This document shows, in pieces, positions 9,077-17,824 of a stretch of DNA of 48,058 nucleotides (positions are counted from its first letter, which is position 1; each line of letters begins with the position of its first letter). The position numbers were made by a program, and so were the translations under genes. The DNA is taken from positions 1 to 48,058 of the forward strand of contig JAFGJA010000322.1 of assembly GCA_016929355.1 (NCBI GenBank), given 5' to 3'. The stretch comes from Anaerolineae bacterium. GTDB taxonomy: Bacteria > Chloroflexota > Anaerolineae > Aggregatilineales > Aggregatilineaceae. The notes below the pieces were generated by a model that was given only the letters and a program-made list of their open reading frames with translations, was not told the DNA's origin and searched no databases.

Positions 9077-11946
9077 GACGTTGTCTAGTTATTGGCCTGG
9101 GGGAAGACAGCCGCCCTACGCTTGAACATACTCAAAAATCCTTTGCCACAGCTAACGCCGCCAATGATTTGCGCACGTTGTGGATCACGTCTGAGAATCC
9201 GGTGGATACCGATCTAAATACGTTAACGCTATCGCTGACGCATAAAAACCTCACCCAACTCTATTATCAGCCTGAAGTGCGCGCGTGGTCAGGCCCGAAC
9301 TGGCGCGAGTGGAAAGAACAGCTTGCGTACAATCGCTTGTATGGCAAACTGGCCCTTTACTGGCATCGACGGCGCGTTGGTGAACATATCATCGCGCTCA
9401 TTAATGAGATCAACCGTGACGACAGCCAACGACTCAACCTGTATCTGGTGGCCTCACTCACCGATCCGTTTGCGAGTGGTGCGCTGCTAGATATGGCCTA
9501 CCTACTGCACCGCACAGCCTTAGCCCGCAGTGGGCGCGTTTACGGAATATTGTTAGTACCCGATACTTTCCATAAACTGTCTACCGGTGAGGCGGGTATT
9601 GATCCGCAAGAAGAACTGCGCGCCAACTGGCGTTACGCCGTTGCCTATGCCGCCTTACGCGAACTCAATTTCGTACAAAGCGCGTGGTCGTTTTACCAGA
9701 GCCAACACCCCGAACCCGTGTTTCGTATCGAAGAAACGCATGTATCGCCTTTTCAGACCGGGGATTGTTATCTGGTTGGCGGACATCTTGATCAGGCCAG
9801 GCGCGCGATTGATCTGAACGCATTGCTGGAACAAACCGGCGATTGGATCGCACTGCATACGCTTACGCCATTTGCCGATTATATTTCTGTGTCGGAAGCC
9901 AATCGCGGACTGGTCAGCAGTTTTGGTATTGTCGCCGGTCCCGCCCGCATCATGGATAACCGGGATACCCGGCTAAATGAGATGACCCAGTGCATTCTGG
10001 ACTACATGCTGCGGAATCCAAACGAGGGCAACGAAACCGCGCTGCGCGTGGATCGCTGGTTTTCACTGCCTGAAACCAATATTCGGGTAGATGAATTTGT
10101 CGAATTATTATCGCAACCCCCGCGACAAACGACAGTTTCGCCATTTGCCTTACGGCTTTCCAATCGAGCGCGGCACGAATTGGATGAACGCGACGCTATC
10201 TTTGCCAAAGCGGTTCGCATTTTGCACGAACAAGAAACCCAACTCGCCCAACACATCCAGACCCAACAACAGACCATGCTGGAAACGATTGACGAAGAAC
10301 TCACCGCATGGCGAGACCGCTATGAGGGCACATTCCCCTCAATTATCGCCCTGCATACCTATATTATCCAGCAGGCGGACAAAATCCTGCGGGCGGGGCG
10401 CACCCAACTCAACCAGATTGAGCAAGAAACATCCACCGCCGCCCGTTTGATGAAAGATTACCGCAGCCAGTTTCTCTATATTGGCAAAGGGTATCCATTC
10501 ACGCAAACGCTTGCTATTCCAGCCCTGTTAATCGTGATTCTGGTTGCGGCAGCTCTCTATATTGCGGCTCAACCGATTGCCTTACTCGCCTGGCTGCTGC
10601 TCAGTCTAACCCTACCTATCACGCTCATCATTCAATTGCAGAACCAGCATTTCCGGCGCGTGCGTAGAAATTTCATTGATGCGCAAACGCTGTTTCTAAA
10701 CCAGCAGCGCCAACTCATGATGACCAGCATTCACAGCGCGTATCAGCAACGATTGCTCGATGGCTTAGAACGCAAGTTGTCAATACCTAATGATTCGACC
10801 AGCCACACCACAAACAATCTGCGCATTGAGCATATCAGCACAGCTTGTAGAACCCTGTTGAGCCAACTGACAGATACGGACATTACGCCCAGCCCGGCAG
10901 TAGAGGAACAGATCACACCCTTACTGCCCGAAATTGCGAATCAGACCAGCACCCGATTATGGGAATTGGAACAGAAAGAACACCCGCTCACACCGGACCA
11001 TGTACAGCGCGTAATTGCCAATATCATCGAACACCATTTACGCATAGAACTGGAATCCAACGAAAAAGATCATCTTGATCAACTCGTTGCTACACAAACT
11101 GAGCACGCGCTAACATTGCTCGCCACAAATGATACCCGTATTGATGAACGACTGCGCCAACCAACGCAAAAGATCATTGGCCTTGAAGGATGGAGCAAAC
11201 AGACGATCAGTGAAATGGCGGGTGAGCAATATAACAACGCCGTTCGTCTGTTTGATCTCACCTCCGAAGAAGAAACCGAGACATACCGGGTGTGGCGCGA
11301 AGGGACTATGCAAGAACGCTGGTTCGTGACGCTGCACCTGCGCAATAATATCCCGCTACAAGCCATCTTGGACTTGAATCAATGGCAGATGGCTTATCAA
11401 AACATGTGTTATGTCCCTGAATTACAGCAAATGCAGCGCTGTTTTTTGCATCCCACACGCGCCGGAATTGCCACACCAGATATTATGCTGCCGCAAGCCA
11501 GCGAGTTTGAACACCTCCCCCTGGTCATCATGGCATTTGTTGTCCTCCTGCGTTTTAGTAATCAGATCAAACTTGAGCAAGATTTATGCCGCGCGACAGG
11601 TGTTCCCGGTGATCCGCGCGCCAACTTTGACGAGTTGTGTGGTGCGTTAGCAGAAAATCCAGATTTAGTATTTCAAACCGATCTGCGTGACTGGCTTAAT
11701 CCGCGCATGGATGCAGACCTGGCGCAGTTACGCGAAGTGTGGCAGGAATTGATGAATCCCAAACCCAGATTTTCGGAAACGTATGCGGATTGGGAAGTGT
11801 GGACCATTGAGCAAATCGACGCGCTGTTAGCCCGGCGGAGCGCCCCGCGCAGCCTGTATGCACTGGCACAGATCGTTGAAAAATTAGTGATTACACCCGA
11901 AGAAATTCGCAGCAAGCGCGCACAATATAGCGGCGTCATGCGGTAA
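9073..11946 (+). CDS. Degenerate (probably GTPase-dead) tubulin-like paralog with an internal TM hairpin
   Basis: ATGA start/stop overlap with the upstream gene. Same architecture, but the loops are eroded: CLVIGLGEDSRPT and ASLTDPFASGALLDMAYLL. Family motif YAVAYAALRELNF is retained. Two hydrophobic helices LAIPALLIVILVAAALYIAA and IALLAWLLLSLTLPITLIIQL (about nt 10510-10640). Confidence 0.65.
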   Translation: MRRCLVIGLGEDSRPTLEHTQKSFATANAANDLRTLWITSENPVDTDLNTLTLSLTHKNLTQLYYQPEVRAWSGPNWREWKEQLAYNRLYGKLALYWHRRRVGEHIIALINEINRDDSQRLNLYLVASLTDPFASGALLDMAYLLHRTALARSGRVYGILLVPDTFHKLSTGEAGIDPQEELRANWRYAVAYAALRELNFVQSAWSFYQSQHPEPVFRIEETHVSPFQTGDCYLVGGHLDQARRAIDLNALLEQTGDWIALHTLTPFADYISVSEANRGLVSSFGIVAGPARIMDNRDTRLNEMTQCILDYMLRNPNEGNETALRVDRWFSLPETNIRVDEFVELLSQPPRQTTVSPFALRLSNRARHELDERDAIFAKAVRILHEQETQLAQHIQTQQQTMLETIDEELTAWRDRYEGTFPSIIALHTYIIQQADKILRAGRTQLNQIEQETSTAARLMKDYRSQFLYIGKGYPFTQTLAIPALLIVILVAAALYIAAQPIALLAWLLLSLTLPITLIIQLQNQHFRRVRRNFIDAQTLFLNQQRQLMMTSIHSAYQQRLLDGLERKLSIPNDSTSHTTNNLRIEHISTACRTLLSQLTDTDITPSPAVEEQITPLLPEIANQTSTRLWELEQKEHPLTPDHVQRVIANIIEHHLRIELESNEKDHLDQLVATQTEHALTLLATNDTRIDERLRQPTQKIIGLEGWSKQTISEMAGEQYNNAVRLFDLTSEEETETYRVWREGTMQERWFVTLHLRNNIPLQAILDLNQWQMAYQNMCYVPELQQMQRCFLHPTRAGIATPDIMLPQASEFEHLPLVIMAFVVLLRFSNQIKLEQDLCRATGVPGDPRANFDELCGALAENPDLVFQTDLRDWLNPRMDADLAQLREVWQELMNPKPRFSETYADWEVWTIEQIDALLARRSAPRSLYALAQIVEKLVITPEEIRSKRAQYSGVMR

Positions 11947-11973
11947 GGGTGGGGAGCAGAGAGGGGTTTTACG

Positions 11974-12996
11974 TTGTCAGATTCATTTAAAATCGGGATT
12001 TGGGGAACTTCACGCGCGGGCAAAACAACATTTCTAGCGATGTTGTACCACACATTTCTTTCCCAGCACGACACCTGGAGCATCCGGGCTGAAAATGAGG
12101 CTCGCCTGTTTGTTGAAACAGCCTTTGAAGATATTTTTAGCGGGCGTTCCTTCCCTGAAAAAACCGTTCGCGCCCAACAATACCAGTACACGATCACCCA
12201 TAAATCAACCCAACAAACATTCATTCTTGAATTTCTGGATGCACCGGGCGAGTTATTTGAGATTTACTATCAGCGCAAGCGGCGCAATGAAAACGTGGTA
12301 GTTGCACAAAGCGAAACCGAACCCCAACTGGCTAATTTGAGCGCAAACGAGTTGTTTAATTATCTCGCTCAATGTGATGGGCTGCTGATATTCATTGATC
12401 CATTGTGGGAATCTAGACCGCATGGGCGGCTGACTTATGCCCAACTGCTCTACCAACTCTTTGAAGATTTACGCCTGGAACGCCCGGATAATCCCCCATT
12501 GGCGGCGTTCTGTCTGGTCAAGGTTGATGGGGTCGATGATTTGTGGGAGACTCGCTTAGATCAAAACCATGCCTGTTACCGGCATAATCCGGCACAACCG
12601 GTTGATAACTGCACCAAACACTGCCCCGTCCTGCAACACATCGGCTGGCAGTTTATGGTGAATCATCTGCCGGGGTTGCTGCCCAATGATCACGCCAAAT
12701 GCTTTACGCTTTCTTCCATTGGGCGCTTTCAAACGGAAGAAACGGACTGGCAACTTAATGTTGGGCTGGGGCACGCCTGGCGGCGCCCACTCTCGCCGCG
12801 CCCGCCCGTGATCAACATGCCGATCATCAACAACGAGCTAGCAGGCGATATTCGTGATATGCCCGTGACGGAAACATTAGAGCCAAGATCGATCAACCGG
12901 ATTGATAAAATTGCGCCCTACAACCTGCTCGCCCCGTTGCTGTGGATGTTAGATGCGCGCCTCTATGATAATGGCAACCCCAATACCATCGTGTAA
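11974..12996 (+). CDS. Small TRAFAC-class GTPase-like P-loop protein (MglA/Arf/CvnD-like motifs) with a C-terminal extension
   Basis: TTG start with GAGAGGGG upstream. G1 GIWGTSRAGKTTFL, G3 FLDAPGELF, then CDGLLIFID, G4-like CLVKVDG, G5-like TLSSIG. Confidence 0.7.
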   Translation: MSDSFKIGIWGTSRAGKTTFLAMLYHTFLSQHDTWSIRAENEARLFVETAFEDIFSGRSFPEKTVRAQQYQYTITHKSTQQTFILEFLDAPGELFEIYYQRKRRNENVVVAQSETEPQLANLSANELFNYLAQCDGLLIFIDPLWESRPHGRLTYAQLLYQLFEDLRLERPDNPPLAAFCLVKVDGVDDLWETRLDQNHACYRHNPAQPVDNCTKHCPVLQHIGWQFMVNHLPGLLPNDHAKCFTLSSIGRFQTEETDWQLNVGLGHAWRRPLSPRPPVINMPIINNELAGDIRDMPVTETLEPRSINRIDKIAPYNLLAPLLWMLDARLYDNGNPNTIV

Positions 12997-13685
12997 TAAA
13001 TGCGTCCATCACTGCCGGACGTATAGGCTACCCCAATTTCGGTGAATAGTGGATTCATCATGTTTTCCCGATGCCCTTGACTATTCCACCAACTGGTAAA
13101 GGCTTGATTCGAGTCAATCTGGAATTGGTACAACACATTTTCGCCAACGGCGCGAAAATCGTAGCCTGCCGCCTGCACCCGATCAGCCGGACGTGATCCA
13201 TCTGACCCGGCATGGTCCAAAAAGGAATTCTGCGCCATATCGTTGCTGTGACCCTGTGCTACCGAGGTCAGCACCGGGTTAATCTGCACTTCTTGTAGAC
13301 CGGCAGCCGTGCGAGCTTCATTGACTAACCGCACGATTTCGGTTTCCTGCGTGTGATCTGCGGCAAAAACGCTTGTCGGAGAAACGCCAGGGGTACGCGA
13401 TGGCCGGACAAACTGTGCCGTTTGCGTGAGCCGCAGCGCGTTGAGTTCCGCAAAGTTTGATGGCGTCATCGTGCTCGTTACCTGATCAACCACTACGGCA
13501 GAAGAAACAGTCGGGTGTTGATCACTCTCTCTTGACTCATTGAATATGAATAACCCCACTGCGGTGATACCGCCAACAAGCACCAGTAATACAATCACCG
13601 CCAGCACAATTTTTACTCGACGCTGGCGTTGTTGGCGGCGGCGCTGAAGCTCACGTTCACGTACCGATGAAATGTTGAATGTCAC
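12963..13685 (-). CDS. Membrane-anchored CAP / SCP / PR-1 (YkwD-like) domain protein
   Basis: GTG start. Arg-rich N-terminus plus TM IVLAVIVLLVLVGGITAVGLFIF. Classic CAP motifs HSNDMAQNSFLDHAGSDGSRPADRVQAAGY...GENV...WWNSQGHRENMMNPLFTEIGVAY...YYTMVLG. Confidence 0.85.
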   Translation of the reverse strand: MTFNISSVRERELQRRRQQRQRRVKIVLAVIVLLVLVGGITAVGLFIFNESRESDQHPTVSSAVVVDQVTSTMTPSNFAELNALRLTQTAQFVRPSRTPGVSPTSVFAADHTQETEIVRLVNEARTAAGLQEVQINPVLTSVAQGHSNDMAQNSFLDHAGSDGSRPADRVQAAGYDFRAVGENVLYQFQIDSNQAFTSWWNSQGHRENMMNPLFTEIGVAYTSGSDGRIYYTMVLGLPLS

Positions 13686-13703
13686 GTGTTATACGCCTAA
13701 AAC

Positions 13704-16376
13704 TTAGAATGTCATCATGCCCGCTTGCCCACCGAAACCGTAGTCATCCGGGTCTTTCAACAGATGGTACACAACACGGTCCTGGGGCATGGGTTCACCT
13801 AAATCAAAGCCCGTGCGCTGGTGAAGAGTCAGCATACTGCCGGGCGTCATCACCCGCGATTGAATGATCTGCTCACGCTGGTTCCATGCGTCAATCCGCA
13901 CCTGGCGCTGATTTGACATACGATCCGTATCACAGGTAATACGCAAGCGTGTGATCGGCGCTTCACGCGGAAGTTGGCGACGCTTTAAGGTGATGGTGTT
14001 GGAATTTTTCGCATCAAGACTGAAATGCCATATTTCATCTTTTTCATTATGAGACAAATCCATCCGCGCGATGACTAACGTGCCATGCGCCGGATGCTTC
14101 CTGCGCCGCCGTTGGCGAATAACTATGGCGGTAGTCAGTCCGATCACCAGCAGCACAAGCAACACAACGCCCGCATAAAACACATAAAGCATGGGATTAG
14201 TCACCCGCTCGACGGTCACGCGGAAATGGCTGGCCTGTGGATTAAGAACATAACGATCCTGCAATTCGCCCTGCATCGTAACTTCAAGATGATACGTACC
14301 TTTGGGGAGATCGCTCACGCTGGTGTAGTACTGTCCGGGTTGGGGACCTGTATTGAAAACCAGATCGCGCACTTCACCCGATTTGTCATCGAACAATTGC
14401 ACCGTCAACACCGGCGAGCCAGCAGGATCAGCCAATGGGGGCACAGCGATCAGTGTGTTATCATCATCCAGGCGCGTTTCAAAGACAATGTCCAGGTCCG
14501 TTGCAGTTAACGGCGGAAAACCTTCTGTCACGTTTTGTTCGGTATTCGGGGCCGGTTCCAGCACAAAAAGGCTAATCATGATGCTGGGCAGCACGCTCAC
14601 CGGCCCAACACGCACAGAGCCAATGGGCGCACTCGATTGTGCGGACACATCCAGATAGAGCGAGCCATTTGTCATCGCTTCGGTCCAAGTGATCCCGGCG
14701 GTATACTGACCATCACCATCAGGATCGGTAAATTCAACTGGCACGATCTCTGTATCCAGCGCATCAACGACTCGGGCGGTGATCTGAATAGCTGAATCTT
14801 GCACGATAGTGCCCGCATCATCCACCACACGCGCGGTTAATTGCACCTCCTCACCGACCAGATAGGCATCAGCCGGAAAATCATCTACTTGCAAGATCAA
14901 TTCACTTACAGTGAACGTATTGAGATCGGATTGGTCAAAAATAATATAATCTTCCCCGGTGGGCAATGTAACACTTGCCGTCAATCCCAGGGTATAGGTC
15001 CCATTCAGGTCTGCCGGATAAACAGTGCTATATGCACCGGGTTGCGTGGATGTAAGCGGCAAGCGCGTTTCAGTCCCATCTGGCAGAGTTAGACGCGCTT
15101 CGACAGCAAGGTCATACGGCGGTGGATAACTGTTGAGTGGAGTTTGGGTCGTGGCGTCAGTCAATGTCACCGTCAACGGCACATCATCGTACTGCCGGAA
15201 TGACCCGCCTGTCACATCTGCCGTTACATCAAGTGGAATCAATTCAAGATAGATGTCAATTCGGTCATTTTGCGACCCGACTTCAAATACCCAATCACCC
15301 GGCACAGGGTTAACAATCGTCCACACTTCAATGGGGCGATCCTGATTGCTGATCGTTACGTCGGGATCGTTAGCCGCCAATGGCAGACCGTTGGATTGTG
15401 TGATCGACAGAACCCCCGGCGAATTACTCGACTTAAACAGCGAGACACGCATTAATCGCTGGTAAGGTGGCACAAAAACAGTATTTATGCCGGGAACAAG
15501 CTGTTGGGCATCGGTCAATCCGCCGCTGGTTTGGTCTTCGCCTGTCGAGGAAACCACCTGGGCCAGAATGCGATAAAACTGCACACCAACCTGCTGATTT
15601 GTTTCCACGAGCGTAGCGCGTTCGGGCAGACCAACAACAGATTGCCAGTCAGCGCTGCGCGTTTGCCAGACATCGCCCGTCGCATCAAGAGCCAGAACAT
15701 AAATCTGGTAGGCGAGTGGAGGAAAGGCACGCTGCACCAGATCGTTCACCGTATCCATGTGCTGCTGCTGGCCGAGGGCGCTTTCACACGAAAAAAAGTT
15801 CGGGCCGGATACGACACAGGGTTGCCCATCCGTGAACAAAATGATCACGCGCAAATGCGACTGATTCGGGTCAGGGGGCAGCGTGTCAAACATGGTTTGG
15901 GCCATCTCAAACGCCGATACAAAGTTAGTATTCCCCAGATTCACTGACCCAAACGTATTGGCTGAAAGTTGGTCGAGAATACCCTGGCGCGTGTTATCCC
16001 ATTCCATCTGGGTAGGTGCGACCTCTGTCCAGTTGAGCGTAACCACCGCATCATCGCCAAAGTTAATGACGGCGGCGCGCACAGTCAGATCGGGCGCAAC
16101 AAGCAGCCGATACTCACCAAGCGTATCCAGCGCATACTGCACCGCTTCAAACCGCAGTTGCAATGGATCGGTTGCTTCGCGGTCAGGATAACCAAAATCT
16201 GCGCCGCCCATGCTGCCGCTTTGATCGACCAAAAACAGCAGGTCCAGACCAGTATAGGCGGGTGATGTATCTTGGGCCTGGGCTAAACTACATACTCCCC
16301 CCTCTACCAGCCAGATCACAATCACCAACAGGCTGCTTATCCATCGTTTATTCATCGTTGTCATCGTCCTCGTCAT
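13704..16376 (-). CDS. vWA-domain single-pass membrane protein (paralog A) with Ig-like repeats and a conserved cytoplasmic tail
   Basis: Three in-frame ATGs at 16376, 16364 and 16355. The last gives an ideal signal peptide MNKRWISSLLVIVIWLVEGGVCSLAQAQD. MIDAS LLFLVDQSGSMGG. FGSVNLGNT, FTDGQPC and VPPYQ motifs shared with paralogs B and C. TM YAGVVLLVLLVIGLTTAIVI, then RRRRKHPAHGTLVI tail ending ...MMTF. Confidence 0.85.
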   Translation of the reverse strand: MTRTMTTMNKRWISSLLVIVIWLVEGGVCSLAQAQDTSPAYTGLDLLFLVDQSGSMGGADFGYPDREATDPLQLRFEAVQYALDTLGEYRLLVAPDLTVRAAVINFGDDAVVTLNWTEVAPTQMEWDNTRQGILDQLSANTFGSVNLGNTNFVSAFEMAQTMFDTLPPDPNQSHLRVIILFTDGQPCVVSGPNFFSCESALGQQQHMDTVNDLVQRAFPPLAYQIYVLALDATGDVWQTRSADWQSVVGLPERATLVETNQQVGVQFYRILAQVVSSTGEDQTSGGLTDAQQLVPGINTVFVPPYQRLMRVSLFKSSNSPGVLSITQSNGLPLAANDPDVTISNQDRPIEVWTIVNPVPGDWVFEVGSQNDRIDIYLELIPLDVTADVTGGSFRQYDDVPLTVTLTDATTQTPLNSYPPPYDLAVEARLTLPDGTETRLPLTSTQPGAYSTVYPADLNGTYTLGLTASVTLPTGEDYIIFDQSDLNTFTVSELILQVDDFPADAYLVGEEVQLTARVVDDAGTIVQDSAIQITARVVDALDTEIVPVEFTDPDGDGQYTAGITWTEAMTNGSLYLDVSAQSSAPIGSVRVGPVSVLPSIMISLFVLEPAPNTEQNVTEGFPPLTATDLDIVFETRLDDDNTLIAVPPLADPAGSPVLTVQLFDDKSGEVRDLVFNTGPQPGQYYTSVSDLPKGTYHLEVTMQGELQDRYVLNPQASHFRVTVERVTNPMLYVFYAGVVLLVLLVIGLTTAIVIRQRRRRKHPAHGTLVIARMDLSHNEKDEIWHFSLDAKNSNTITLKRRQLPREAPITRLRITCDTDRMSNQRQVRIDAWNQREQIIQSRVMTPGSMLTLHQRTGFDLGEPMPQDRVVYHLLKDPDDYGFGGQAGMMTF

Positions 16377-17757
16377 TCCACCAGGACCGATCTTTATGCT
16401 GCATCTCCGCTAAAAAGGTGATCACGTTGGATAAGGTTCCATGCTCTTCGATGAGACGATCCAGATCGCGCCGCGCGATTCGCATCTGGCTGCCATCCGG
16501 CAAAGTCAGGGGCAAAGGGGCCAGTTCGTGATCGGGGTTCGTTTGCTGGGGCGTATTCGGCGCTTGTGGAAGCGCACGCGGCCCACGCGGACTGAGATCG
16601 GTAGGGCCATTGGTAAGCCGGCGCGGATAGGCAGGTCGATCATCGTCGGGCGGGGTAGCTTCCATACGGTTGATACGAGGAGACTGCGGTTCATCCTCCC
16701 AACCGCGCGGGGGATTTTTAGAGGCCCCCACTTTTTGCGTCAGGCGGCTTAACCACCCGCCGCCGCGCGGCCCCTTCGTTTCATCTTCATCGGGGATACG
16801 TGGCGCTTGACCGCGCTCAGACTGCGTTTGGCGCGGCGACGAGGCTGCGGGAGCATAGCCCAGACGCGATATAGCCGGATCGACAGAGGGGAAAGCTTCC
16901 CGTCCCTGGGCAAATACTTCGCGTTCCGAAGTCGAGCGATGATCATCATTGGCAGCAGAAACATTATTCGACATTTCAACAGCCCCAGATTCCGCTCGCC
17001 CGCCCTGCGGCTCCTCTATACTTCGGTTTTCTGTCTGATCTTCCTCAAGTGTGCGTGAACCCGACAGGCCGCTGAGTTTGTGCGTCCATGCGCCGCGCCC
17101 AGAAACACCAACTGGCCCACCGCTATCTGCGTCATCTTGCTGCTGAGTGCGATCACCCGCGCCACCCAGAATCGAAAACGATCCACCGCTGCGTTCACTT
17201 TCCCACACATCTTCATTGTCTTGATCGTTAGTTTCATCTGTCTCAAGCAGATCGGTTTCAGGTGTGTCTAACTCCTGGTCATCGTCGGTTTCGGCTCCAC
17301 CCTCATCCTCGGCCTCCAAGTCTAGACCCGAATCAGGCGCATGGTTGTCGTCTTGATCGGGTTCAGGGTCGTTGGCTACTACGTCGGATTCCTCGCCTGT
17401 CAACCATGCAATAAGCTGTGATCGCGCTTCGTCTGGATCGTCCTGGGCTTTCGCATACCACTGCCGGGACAAGTCATTGAGGATAATCTGTGGGGTTTCG
17501 CTCTCTGCATCGAGAAGTTCCGCCAGTCCAGCTTGCGCCAAAATAGGGAAAAACTCTTCCAGAATTTGGATGATCTGAATTTCACCGCGCAGCCCACCCT
17601 CAACCGGAAACCGTGACGGATCGATTTGATCGCAGATCATCTCCGCATCTAGTGGACAATCATTGCCGCCTTGGCTATCCGCATCAACAACCCCTACCAA
17701 GAGATCAACGAGATGATCATCGTCCAGCTCAAAATCGGCAATTGTCCAGATTGCCAT
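16348..17757 (-). CDS. Hyper-acidic, largely disordered protein with small folded N- and C-terminal domains (hypothetical)
   Basis: The ORF track starts at TTG 17799. ATG 17757 is preferred because GAGGAG sits 6 nt upstream (MAIWTIADFELDDD...). Long D/E/Q/G/P-rich low-complexity core. C-terminus ...LPDGSQMRIARRDLDRLIEEHGTLSNVITFLAEMQ...DEDDDNDE. The 3' end overlaps the next gene by 8-29 nt. Confidence 0.65.
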   Translation of the reverse strand: MAIWTIADFELDDDHLVDLLVGVVDADSQGGNDCPLDAEMICDQIDPSRFPVEGGLRGEIQIIQILEEFFPILAQAGLAELLDAESETPQIILNDLSRQWYAKAQDDPDEARSQLIAWLTGEESDVVANDPEPDQDDNHAPDSGLDLEAEDEGGAETDDDQELDTPETDLLETDETNDQDNEDVWESERSGGSFSILGGAGDRTQQQDDADSGGPVGVSGRGAWTHKLSGLSGSRTLEEDQTENRSIEEPQGGRAESGAVEMSNNVSAANDDHRSTSEREVFAQGREAFPSVDPAISRLGYAPAASSPRQTQSERGQAPRIPDEDETKGPRGGGWLSRLTQKVGASKNPPRGWEDEPQSPRINRMEATPPDDDRPAYPRRLTNGPTDLSPRGPRALPQAPNTPQQTNPDHELAPLPLTLPDGSQMRIARRDLDRLIEEHGTLSNVITFLAEMQHKDRSWWNDEDDDNDE

Positions 17758-17824
17758 ATATCGCTCCTCTATTTCGCCCCCTGGATACCCGGCATTCAAC
17801 CGGGCATCCAGGCTGCGCTGTATG

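Noticed and set aside
5804-11946. Interpreting the tubulin/FtsZ-like genes as the housekeeping cell-division (dcw) locus
   Set aside because: There are no mur, ftsA, ftsQ, ftsW or mraY neighbours. The proteins are 3 times the size of FtsZ, multi-copy and partly degenerate, and are linked to vWA membrane proteins instead.
11673-12224. 183-aa minus-strand ORF spanning the junction between 9073-11946 and 11974-12996
   Set aside because: It overlaps two well-supported plus-strand genes, including the Walker A region, and has an Arg/Ser/Cys-rich shadow composition.
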